A DNA stretch of 50,967 bases from a bacterium (GTDB lineage: Bacteria; Patescibacteriota; Saccharimonadia; Saccharimonadales; UBA4665), in assembly GCA_021789195.1 (NCBI GenBank), contig JAJYJU010000001.1, positions 1 through 50,967 of the forward strand, read 5' to 3'. Of this stretch, positions 17,572 through 26,045 are shown one piece after another; position 1 is the first letter of the stretch; every line of letters begins with the position of its first letter. The notes beneath the pieces are model-generated. The model saw only the letters and a program-made list of their open reading frames with translations, did not search any database and was not told the origin of the DNA. The position numbers and the translations under genes were made by a program.

Positions 17572-19779
17572 GTGATGGTAAGCTTCCAAATTATTCCGCC
17601 GGCTATAGATAACAAAGATGAATTACCATTATCTTTGGTTGATTTTTATAAAGTCTTAGGCGGCATATTCTATCCAAAAGCTAAATATAAAAAAACAGTT
17701 GTACTTGAGGCTATATTTAGTGCAAAGCAAGGAACTTCATTTATTATCAGCGTACCTGACCCGGTTGCAGATTTAATCCATAGTCAGCTAAGCAATTTAT
17801 CTAACAAAATATTTATCAAGAGAGTCGATACTGCTAGTTTAATTAAGAATAATTTAAGAAACAATATAACTGTCAGAACCTGGCGTCCGTCGTCTAAGTT
17901 GAACCACTTAAATTATAAGAAAAGCTTAGTTGATACACTTGCCGCTAATTTACACGGGCTTAAAGGTAATGAGGTTATCGGTTGGCAAGTTTATGTCAGC
18001 CCGAAAAGTAATTTATCAATTAAATCAGTTACTAAAAGCATTGCTAAGTCAATTTATCAAAGTGCAAAGATGGCTATTAATTTATTGATTGAACTGACTG
18101 AATCAGACCCGCATCTAGCTAAACAGCGCGCGCTTAATCGAAAGATGGCCTATTCTAGTCAATCTGGCCATATTGTCCGAGAACCTGAATTTGCGGTTCG
18201 ACTTAGATCGATTGTCATAGCAGGATCTAAGCAGCGCTTTAATAAACTTAATATGGCTGTTGAAGTAGCGGCCAAAACGCATGGACTAATCTATAATCGT
18301 TTTGTTAATTCTTTGTTCTTGGCCGATGAATATATTAATCGGACTTCATCTGGTCCTTCTTTTTATATTGAGTCTAAGCTGCTTAAACAGCTATTTAATA
18401 TTCCCCAAAGTAATGGGAGATGGAAAGAACATGGCAAACTAAATTATTCTAAGCAATTACCGCTAGGTTATTTAGATCAGAATAAGCCAGATGTTATCTA
18501 CGGTCTTAATGAAGATAAAGCCATCGGACTTAGTCAGAAGCAACGTCAGCTCCATTCATTGATTATCGGCGGGACTGGCATGGGTAAATCTACTCTACTA
18601 GGGTATAGCTTTATACAAGACGTTGTTAACGGGAACGGGGTGGCGTTAATTGATCCGCATGGCGACTTAGCCGAGCAGATGCTTAGGTACATACCGCCGA
18701 ATAGGGTTAAAGACGTCATTTATATTAACCCATCCAAACTTAGTAATCCGATTGCTATAAATCTATTAGAGTTACCTAGTACTTTAACGAGCAAGGATGA
18801 TTTAGACCTCGCAAAAGACTTTATTGCCGAATCAATTATCTCTATCTTTAGAAAGGTCTTCTCATTTGATGACAGCGGTGGACATAGAATTGAATATATA
18901 CTTAGGAATGCTATATATACCGCTTTTAGCGTACCTAACGCCACAATATTTACTCTTCATAAATTATTGACTAACGATATTTACAGGGCTGGTGTTGTAG
19001 CAAGACTGGATGATGAGCCTCTAAGAAACTTTTGGTATGGCGAGTTCTCAAAAGCGGGCAGTTACCAAAAAGTCAAAATGATTAGTGGTGTTACAGCAAA
19101 ACTTGGCAGATTCGAAAGATCGCAAGCTATATCCGGGATGTTTAATAAAGCTAAATCTACAATTAATTTTGATAGTTTAATAAATGATAAGAAGATAATA
19201 GTCTGTAATTTTGCAAAAGGGTCACTTGGCGAAGACAGTTCTTCTTTACTGGGAATGGTAGTGCTTTCCAAGTTGCAACTCGCAGCACTGAGTAGAACTA
19301 GGCAACCGAGTTCTAAAAGAATACCTTTCTATTTATATGTTGATGAGTTTGAGCTATTTAACTCGCCTATATTTGCCCAGTTAATTAGCGAAGCAAGAAA
19401 GTTTAGATTATTCCTAACCTTAGCTGAGCAAACTACGGCATATCAAGAAGAGAGAGATTGCAATATATTACTGGCTAACGTCGGCAACTTAATCACATTT
19501 AGAACGGCTGCCTCGATTGATATTAAACGTTTAGCGCCATTATTTTCTCCTTATGTAGCAGATACAGATTTAGCTAACCTCGAACCTTATACTTTTTACT
19601 TAAAAGTGTCCGGAGAAGCAGCTAGTCGTCCACTGTCCGCAAAAACCATTAAACTTGTTGGCAGTGGCAGCTTAAAGGTTGCAAATAAAGTCAGGAGCGA
19701 AAGTAGCCATAATTATTCGTATAGTTTTAATATGATTAACAAAGAAATACACCATAAGATACCATTAACTAAAAGCTAA
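17572..19779 (+). CDS. TraD/VirD4/HerA-superfamily P-loop NTPase (T4SS coupling-protein-like ATPase) with an uncharacterised N-terminal domain of about 330 aa and no TM anchor
   Basis: Walker A IIGGTGMGKST, IDPHGD, and Walker B FYLYVDEFELF, followed by FRLFLTLAEQ. The track start is GTG 17572; ATG 17575 has AGAGGA 8 nt upstream. Confidence 0.7.
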   Translation: MMVSFQIIPPAIDNKDELPLSLVDFYKVLGGIFYPKAKYKKTVVLEAIFSAKQGTSFIISVPDPVADLIHSQLSNLSNKIFIKRVDTASLIKNNLRNNITVRTWRPSSKLNHLNYKKSLVDTLAANLHGLKGNEVIGWQVYVSPKSNLSIKSVTKSIAKSIYQSAKMAINLLIELTESDPHLAKQRALNRKMAYSSQSGHIVREPEFAVRLRSIVIAGSKQRFNKLNMAVEVAAKTHGLIYNRFVNSLFLADEYINRTSSGPSFYIESKLLKQLFNIPQSNGRWKEHGKLNYSKQLPLGYLDQNKPDVIYGLNEDKAIGLSQKQRQLHSLIIGGTGMGKSTLLGYSFIQDVVNGNGVALIDPHGDLAEQMLRYIPPNRVKDVIYINPSKLSNPIAINLLELPSTLTSKDDLDLAKDFIAESIISIFRKVFSFDDSGGHRIEYILRNAIYTAFSVPNATIFTLHKLLTNDIYRAGVVARLDDEPLRNFWYGEFSKAGSYQKVKMISGVTAKLGRFERSQAISGMFNKAKSTINFDSLINDKKIIVCNFAKGSLGEDSSSLLGMVVLSKLQLAALSRTRQPSSKRIPFYLYVDEFELFNSPIFAQLISEARKFRLFLTLAEQTTAYQEERDCNILLANVGNLITFRTAASIDIKRLAPLFSPYVADTDLANLEPYTFYLKVSGEAASRPLSAKTIKLVGSGSLKVANKVRSESSHNYSYSFNMINKEIHHKIPLTKS

Positions 19780-19802
19780 GTTAGCTTAAAGAGAAGTTGT
19801 TT

Positions 19803-19811
19803 TGTTATAAT
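19803..19811 (+). promoter_or_regulatory. Extended -10 element (TGtTATAAT) upstream of tRNA-Gln
   Basis: tgttataat at 19803-19811, 29 nt upstream of the tRNA 5' end. No convincing -35. Confidence 0.3.
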
Positions 19812-19840
19812 CCTTACGAGCAGCTATACCTGTTATATAT

Positions 19841-19915
19841 TAGGGCGTCGCCAAGTGGTAAGGCACCAGGTTTTGGTCCTGGCATTCGGGGGTTCGAATC
19901 CCTCCGCCCTAGCCA
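19841..19915 (+). tRNA. tRNA-Gln (anticodon TTG), CCA encoded
   Basis: Cloverleaf folded by hand: acceptor TAGGGCG/CGCCCTA, anticodon stem CCAGG/CCTGG with loop TTTTGGT, T-arm GGGGG-TTCGAAT-CCCTC, discriminator G plus CCA. Confidence 0.9.
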
Positions 19916-19925
19916 ATTTAGAAGT

Positions 19926-20423
19926 TTATAAACATTCAGCTAAGACTAACTCTAGAACTCTAGAGAAAGGCACTAAGTTAACTACTATACTATCTGTTGC
20001 TTTCATAATTCTTATCGGTTCAGTCGAACTATACGTGTATTGATTATTTGCTCGAGCCGTATTTGCCAAGTCTAATAGGCTTAACGCCACAATATCTGCG
20101 TAATCTCTGGGGTTTTCCGCAATACTCGAATCAAAAACGTCTTTTAGACTAAACGGGTCTTTAGCTCCAGATGAACTCATTATAGCTACACTTACCGGTT
20201 CAAAGCTAAATTTTAATATCTGATTGTGATCTTTTGAATCAATTATTGTACCGGCACCAGTAAATGTTGAGACAGTCTGATGATCTATATCATTAAGATT
20301 ATCGTCTGATGTTACATATCGACTATGAACAGAATCACTGCCGATAAATATAATTGAATAACTGTTCCCCTCGAGGGTCAGTATATTCGATTTCTGCTCC
20401 GCTCTTTTCTCTAAATTTTCCAT
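19926..20423 (-). CDS. Hypothetical protein (165 aa), no recognisable motifs
   Basis: The only long ORF in this interval. It converges on tRNA-Gln (11-nt gap) and has an AT-rich upstream region. Confidence 0.5.
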   Translation of the reverse strand: MENLEKRAEQKSNILTLEGNSYSIIFIGSDSVHSRYVTSDDNLNDIDHQTVSTFTGAGTIIDSKDHNQILKFSFEPVSVAIMSSSGAKDPFSLKDVFDSSIAENPRDYADIVALSLLDLANTARANNQYTYSSTEPIRIMKATDSIVVNLVPFSRVLELVLAECL

Positions 20424-20559
20424 AAACCTGCTCTTATGAAATTCTATACTTTAAATAAAGATATGAAAATTGCTTATAGTTATTTAAATTTTTAATCATA
20501 TAAGCATTTCTTGTTATGCTTGCATCTTGTATCTTTTGTAAGATACAGTTTGTTTACTT

Positions 20560-21459
20560 ATGACTAAACGATCGCCCGTTTTTAAAAATTCAGTTAAGCC
20601 GTTAAATATTAATCGACTTGATGGACGGATGGTTAGATTAATAAATACAAGCTCAAGAAATGAAATATTATTTGTCGGAGATATAAGTGCTAAGCTAGAG
20701 TATTGGTTTGGGTTGATGCGTGCCTTAAGTGACTTTGGTAGCGTTACGTCACCGGATTTACCCGGAATTGGTGGTATGACTAGTTTCTATAAAATTGGAC
20801 GTAAGCCGACAATAGATAATTTCGCAGATTACCTAGCCTCGTTTATTAAACTACGCTATAAAAAGCGGCGCATAATTATAGTAGGGGTTGGATTTGGATT
20901 TGTAGTTATAAATAGAATGTTGGCAAATTACCCGGATATTGCAAAGAAAGTAAATTTAGTAGTGTCGTTAGGCGGATATACTGACAATAGTGATTTTTCT
21001 TCCAAATGGGGTACGTCTATGACTTTCAAGTTTGTCGGTAAGCTATACTCAAACTTTTTTACTTCGCCAATCCTTAGGGCGCTCGTGTATAACAAAGGAT
21101 TTTTAAAAATGCACTATTTTCATCGATTACGGTCTACTAAAGCTGTTGCTGCTAAAGTTTTACTTAAAAATGAAGTTGAACGTTGGCAGAGTGGCGACCT
21201 TAGAACTTTCGGAGCAATTATGAGCCAACTTACATCTTTTAGTAATTGTAATAAACCAATAGATGTTAGGGCCTATCACTTATTTTTAAACGACCGCTCA
21301 ATAGTTCGTAACAGAGTAGAACAGCATCTAAGAGTTGTGTTTGATCAAATTATTATTGCTAGAACTAGCAAGAGAAATACCTACGTTCTAAAACAGGACA
21401 AACGAGCGGCAGCATATTTTTTGCCGACCGATTTGAAACAATTGCTCAATTCGTTTTAA
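20560..21459 (+). CDS. Alpha/beta-hydrolase-fold protein lacking the nucleophile-elbow serine
   Basis: The layout matches alpha/beta hydrolases (ILFVGD..., SPDLPGIGGMTSF, then IIIVGVGFGFVV, where G-x-S-x-G is expected but reads G-V-G-F-G). Confidence 0.55.
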   Translation: MTKRSPVFKNSVKPLNINRLDGRMVRLINTSSRNEILFVGDISAKLEYWFGLMRALSDFGSVTSPDLPGIGGMTSFYKIGRKPTIDNFADYLASFIKLRYKKRRIIIVGVGFGFVVINRMLANYPDIAKKVNLVVSLGGYTDNSDFSSKWGTSMTFKFVGKLYSNFFTSPILRALVYNKGFLKMHYFHRLRSTKAVAAKVLLKNEVERWQSGDLRTFGAIMSQLTSFSNCNKPIDVRAYHLFLNDRSIVRNRVEQHLRVVFDQIIIARTSKRNTYVLKQDKRAAAYFLPTDLKQLLNSF

Positions 21460-21510
21460 AAACAGTTATAAGCATTTGCGTTTAGTTTGCTTGTAGGTGA
21501 TAATTAGCTT

Positions 21511-22641
21511 ATGCTATTTCACTTGGGTCATAGGTATGATGACGATAAAAAATTGTCTCACGTAGAAGTTACTGTTTCGAATGATACTTTAATTAGAACT
21601 ATTTTTATTATATTAGTCACGCTTGGGTTAGTGTGGTCATTTTTGCAAATTCAGTCAGCTCTTGAACTGTTGTTATTCGCATTTTTCCTATGCCTGGTCT
21701 TAAATGGTCCTGTTAGCTGGTTTGCAAAAAAACTGCCTGGTAAAGCTAAGGGTAGTAGGTTATTAGCGACATCATTAACTTATTTAATAGTCATAGTTTT
21801 TCTGGGTGGATTCTTTACATACATAACACCACCTTTTGTGCATCAAACAGAAAAGTTTATAGCTGCTGCGCCTCACTTAGTTAAAGAAACCCAAAACCAA
21901 CATACTGCCCTGGGTCGTTTTGTTAGAAAACACCACCTACAAAACCAGGTTAATAATTTATCCAACCAAATTTCTAACCAACTTAAAAACATATGGGGAG
22001 TAGCTTTCTCTTCCTTAATTAGAATTGCTAAAGACATGTTCTCGATGATTGCCGTTTTAGCTTTGACGTTTATGATGCTAGTTGAAGGACCGCGATGGCA
22101 AGTTGGGCTGAGAAAGATATTTGTACAGCGCAAGAATGATGATCTGGTCACACGTATATCGCATGAAATGTACAGTGTAATCCGGGGCTATGTTAATGGT
22201 CAGGTACTATTAGCTTTAATAGCTGCCGTATTAGTTGCGCCTTCGCTGTTTATCATGGGTGTAAGTTACCCCGTAGCGTTGATGGTGGTTGTCTTTATTA
22301 GCGGTTTAATTCCTTTACTTGGTCACACTATCGGAGCCGTTATTCTAACTTCCGTAGCTTTGTTCCATTCAGTAGGCGCTGCGATTGTAGTGTTGATTTG
22401 GTATGTTATATATATCAATTTGGAAAACTATGTATTAGCTCCTAAGATACAAGCTAACACGACTAAGATGTCTCCTTTATTGGTCTTAATAGCTATAGTT
22501 GTTGGTATTAACTTTGGCGGACTACTTGGCGGTTTAATTGCAATTCCGGTTGCCGGTGTCATTAGGGTAATAGTTGTAGAGTTTCTTGAACAGCAAAAAA
22601 GACTGCCAAAAGATTATCTAAGCCAAAGTGAAGATTACTAA
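21511..22641 (+). CDS. AI-2E (PerM/UPF0118) family transporter
   Basis: About 8 TM helices. The C-terminal blocks GLIPLLGHTIGAV and YVLAPKIQ are typical of the family. Confidence 0.8.
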   Translation: MLFHLGHRYDDDKKLSHVEVTVSNDTLIRTIFIILVTLGLVWSFLQIQSALELLLFAFFLCLVLNGPVSWFAKKLPGKAKGSRLLATSLTYLIVIVFLGGFFTYITPPFVHQTEKFIAAAPHLVKETQNQHTALGRFVRKHHLQNQVNNLSNQISNQLKNIWGVAFSSLIRIAKDMFSMIAVLALTFMMLVEGPRWQVGLRKIFVQRKNDDLVTRISHEMYSVIRGYVNGQVLLALIAAVLVAPSLFIMGVSYPVALMVVVFISGLIPLLGHTIGAVILTSVALFHSVGAAIVVLIWYVIYINLENYVLAPKIQANTTKMSPLLVLIAIVVGINFGGLLGGLIAIPVAGVIRVIVVEFLEQQKRLPKDYLSQSEDY

Positions 22642-24014
22642 GATAAATACTGCCAAATTGACCCGGTAGGTGTATCTAGAACAGTTAGGTTGTTTTTTTC
22701 TAATTCGCTTCTGATTGCATCGGCTCTAGCGAAGTCTTTAGTGAATCTTGCCTGTTCCCTATCACTTATGGATTGCTTTAGTGCGTCATTAATGTCTGGC
22801 GTATCTAATAATCTTAATCCAAACAAGTCATCGATTAAGCTTAGACTGCTTTCTATAGATACTTTGCTAAGTTTCAAGTTATCTGCTTTTTCAAGAAATG
22901 TTTCTAATTCAGCCAATGCCTCAGGAGTGTTTAAATCATCTTGCAATTTATTAAGAAGTTCTGGCGGGTTTAGAGTAATATCGCCCTCAGTCTGATACCT
23001 GCGCACAGCAAAATTCTTATATCTTAGTAAGCGGGTTTTGGCTGCCTCTAATGATTCCCAGCTGAATTTGCTTTGTGAGCGGTAGTGAGACTCTAGAACC
23101 AAGAGACGCAGTACTTCTGGCGTATAGCCTTTTTGTTCAATGTCTTCTAAAGTTACTGTATTTCCTAAACTTTTACTTATTTTTTCGTCGCTAATTAATA
23201 TGTGATTGGCGTGTATCCACATGGTAGCTAATGGTTTTTCAGTTAAGGCTTCGGACTGAGCGATCTCGTTAGTATGGTGGACGGGAATATGATCAATCCC
23301 CCCGCAATGAATATCTAACGTTTCACCAAGATATTTAAGGCTCATGGCTGAGCATTCTATATGCCAGCCTGGGAACCCCCTGCCCCAAGGGCTGTCCCAT
23401 TCCATGTCTCTATGTTTATCTGTTGGCGAGAACTTCCAAAGTGCAAAATCGGTCGGATTATGTTTTTCCGGGTTTAACTCAACTCTCGCGCCAGCTTGTT
23501 GTTCATCTAGGTCAAGTCTGGCAAAATCGGCATACCTACTGAACTTTGAACTGTCAAAATATATACCGTCCCAAATTCTATAGGTATAGCCTTTTTGTTC
23601 TAGCTTAGAAATGAAATCTATTTGTTCATTTATATGGTCAGTGGCTTTAGGTATTTGGTTCGGTTTAATAAAGTTTAGTTTGTCTAAAGATTTTATAAAG
23701 TAGTCACTATAAAACTTGGCAATATCCCAGGCATTTTTTCCTTCACTGCCTGCCTTTTTAGCAAGTTTATCTTCACCCGAATCAGCATCTGAAGTTAAGT
23801 GGCCGACGTCGGTTATGTTCATTACCCAGTTCGGTTCAAGTGCCGAAGCTTTTAAAGTTCTTATTAATAAGTCATAGCGGATAAACGTAAACCAGTTCCC
23901 GATGTGCATATAGTCGTATACCGTAGGACCACAAGTGTATATATTTACTGTGGGAGAGTTCTGAAGCGTTAAGTTCTCAACCTTGTGAGTTAGTGTGTTG
24001 TAAAGGCGTATCAT
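22638..24014 (-). CDS. cysS: Cysteine--tRNA ligase
   Basis: YTCGPTVYDYMHIGN (HIGH motif), KISKSLGN (KMSKS motif) and HIECSAMS. Confidence 0.95.
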   Translation of the reverse strand: MIRLYNTLTHKVENLTLQNSPTVNIYTCGPTVYDYMHIGNWFTFIRYDLLIRTLKASALEPNWVMNITDVGHLTSDADSGEDKLAKKAGSEGKNAWDIAKFYSDYFIKSLDKLNFIKPNQIPKATDHINEQIDFISKLEQKGYTYRIWDGIYFDSSKFSRYADFARLDLDEQQAGARVELNPEKHNPTDFALWKFSPTDKHRDMEWDSPWGRGFPGWHIECSAMSLKYLGETLDIHCGGIDHIPVHHTNEIAQSEALTEKPLATMWIHANHILISDEKISKSLGNTVTLEDIEQKGYTPEVLRLLVLESHYRSQSKFSWESLEAAKTRLLRYKNFAVRRYQTEGDITLNPPELLNKLQDDLNTPEALAELETFLEKADNLKLSKVSIESSLSLIDDLFGLRLLDTPDINDALKQSISDREQARFTKDFARADAIRSELEKNNLTVLDTPTGSIWQYLS

Positions 24015-24015
24015 T

Positions 24016-25017
24016 CTACATATTATCCATTAGCTCACTGGCTTTAGCGATTAAAGATTTAGTTAGTTCTTCAGGACTTCGGTTGTCGGTTAATTTAAAT
24101 CCACTTGCGTATTCGTGCCCGCCTCCGTTAAATGCTTCTGCTAACTTGGCGGCAATTGGATATTTATAGTTAGTTCTAATTTTCCCGGTAATTTTCCCAT
24201 CAGGATATAACTTAATAACTATTGCGACTTTAGTATTAGTTGTTAAACGCATATCTTCAATCACTAGCATCGACGGATTATACATTGGGCTATAATGCTC
24301 TATCTCTTCCCAAGGAATTGTTAGAAAAGCAATCCGGTCATTATCGTAATACTCAATCCGCTTTAATAGTTCGCCTTTGTAACGGACTAATTCCGGGCTT
24401 TTGTTTTGAATTTCTCTTCTTGAAGCTTCAAGTTCAGACAGAGAGACGCCCTTTTCGACCATTTCAGCCACTGCATAAACAGTTTGGGCTGATGTATTTT
24501 CGGTCGTAAGTCCTAAAGTATCGGATAAAATAGCAACTGTTAAAGATTTTAGGGCCGTAAGATTCATTTCCAGATTTAGTTTTTTAGCTAACTTAAATAT
24601 TAACTCACCGGTTGCAGATGATTCCGGGTCTATGATTGCCACAGCAGCAAAATCAATCGTTGCGGGAGTGGCATGGTGATCCAGCACTATAATCGGGCGT
24701 TTTTTAATTTGCTCTAACAGATTTGTCTTAGCCAGGTTTTCTAATAAAGACAACGATGAGGTATCTACTATAATAACTAAATCAAATTGATTAGGAATAT
24801 CTCTCTCAACTCTGTCCCAGCCAGGTATATAAGATAAGTAACTCGGTAAACCAATACCGCATATCATAACTGTATCCTTGCCCATAACCATTAGGATTTG
24901 CTCTAGTGCTATAGCGCTACCTAAACTATCCCCGTCCGGGTTATCGGCCTGAAGGATTAGCACTTTACTAGACTCATCTATTAACTGCTTAACTTTGTTT
25001 ATTTGATCGTCTTGCAT
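24016..25017 (-). CDS. DHH/DHHA1 phosphoesterase (NrnA-like oligoribonuclease / pAp phosphatase)
   Basis: Motifs DGDSLGS, VDTS, LDHH and GGGHEYASG. Confidence 0.85.
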   Translation of the reverse strand: MQDDQINKVKQLIDESSKVLILQADNPDGDSLGSAIALEQILMVMGKDTVMICGIGLPSYLSYIPGWDRVERDIPNQFDLVIIVDTSSLSLLENLAKTNLLEQIKKRPIIVLDHHATPATIDFAAVAIIDPESSATGELIFKLAKKLNLEMNLTALKSLTVAILSDTLGLTTENTSAQTVYAVAEMVEKGVSLSELEASRREIQNKSPELVRYKGELLKRIEYYDNDRIAFLTIPWEEIEHYSPMYNPSMLVIEDMRLTTNTKVAIVIKLYPDGKITGKIRTNYKYPIAAKLAEAFNGGGHEYASGFKLTDNRSPEELTKSLIAKASELMDNM

Positions 25018-25032
25018 ATATTTAATTTAACT

Positions 25033-25659
25033 TTAATCTTGCGTCGAAGAAAGAGTTTGGCGATGTTCAATCGCTCGTCCTAAGGAAATTTGATCGGCGT
25101 ATTCTAAATCGACACCTATAGGTAAACCTCTAGCTAGCCGGGTTATTTTAACTTTACGGTCGCCAATCTGTTGCTGTATATATAGTGCGGTTGATTCGCC
25201 CTCAACACTAGCATTAGTAGCAAGTATCACTTCGATAACCTTGTCTTCGTCTAATCGTTTTACGAGCTCCTTAATATGTAATTGTTCCGGTGTGATGCCG
25301 TCAATTGGTGAGACCAAGCCACCTAATACATGGTATGTACCGTGGAACAAACCAGTTTTTTCAATAGCTAATATATCAAAAGGTTCGGCCACTACGGCGA
25401 TGATTGTCTTATCTCTTCTAGGGTCGGTGTAAAGTGTCGATAATTGCTTACCCGATGGAATTAAAGCAAACGTTTTTTCGCAGTAGCTGATACCTTCTGG
25501 TAACGCTTTTAAAGCTGCCGCTAGTTTAATCGCCGAGTGCTGGTCATGTCTAACAAACCAATAAGCGTAACGTTCAGCCGTACGCGTACCAACGCCAGGT
25601 AGTGTGCTAAAGGCGTCAATCAATTCAGATAAAGCTGGGGGCAGTACGCTGCTACTCAT
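25033..25659 (-). CDS. recR: Recombination protein RecR (zinc-finger cysteines mostly absent)
   Basis: HhH LPGVGTRTAERYAY, Toprim VVAEPFDILAIEKTG...YHVLGG, ATNASVEGESTA. Only one Cys remains where the C4 finger normally sits (ISYCEKTFALIPSGKQLSTLYTDPRR). Confidence 0.92.
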   Translation of the reverse strand: MSSSVLPPALSELIDAFSTLPGVGTRTAERYAYWFVRHDQHSAIKLAAALKALPEGISYCEKTFALIPSGKQLSTLYTDPRRDKTIIAVVAEPFDILAIEKTGLFHGTYHVLGGLVSPIDGITPEQLHIKELVKRLDEDKVIEVILATNASVEGESTALYIQQQIGDRKVKITRLARGLPIGVDLEYADQISLGRAIEHRQTLSSTQD

Positions 25660-25666
25660 AACAAAA

Positions 25667-25960
25667 TTAAAGACCTAGACTACCTAGCATACCCATAAAT
25701 GGCTGCATTTTTTCAGTAGCAAGACGTTGGCTTTGCTGGATGGCTTCTCTAAATCCGTCTTCTAACCAGCGTTCAAGTTCGGTTATATCTTCTAGATCTA
25801 CCATGCTTGGATCAATGTGGACTTTTTTAATTTTTTGTTCACCATTAATTTCAATTTTCACCGCGCCATCACCTTTTTCTATTTGGATTACTTCTTTTTC
25901 TAGTTCTTTTTGCACTTTCTTTATCTTAAGTGCCATTTTAGCCTGATCGATTTTACTCAT
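25667..25960 (-). CDS. ybaB: YbaB/EbfC-family nucleoid-associated protein
   Basis: About 100 aa, KKVQKELEK...GDGAVKIEINGEQKIKKVHIDPS pattern, and a conserved position upstream of recR. Confidence 0.88.
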   Translation of the reverse strand: MSKIDQAKMALKIKKVQKELEKEVIQIEKGDGAVKIEINGEQKIKKVHIDPSMVDLEDITELERWLEDGFREAIQQSQRLATEKMQPFMGMLGSLGL

Positions 25961-26045
25961 AAAATTTATCCCTGCTTAATTAGTCTTAGTTTGTCTGTTA
26001 ATAGTCTATCTTAGCTTAATTGCTAAGGCAAAAGTGGTTTTATTT

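Noticed and set aside
19855-20043. 62-aa plus-strand ORF
   Set aside because: Its 5' part is the tRNA-Gln gene itself and the rest is antisense to the 165-aa ORF.
19780-21510. tRNA-Gln-adjacent orphan genes as an integrated mobile element
   Set aside because: I found no integrase, recombinase or transposase and no direct repeat of the tRNA 3' end. The 20-nt match between tRNA-Gln (19886-19905) and tRNA-Tyr (50846-50865) is just a shared T-arm.
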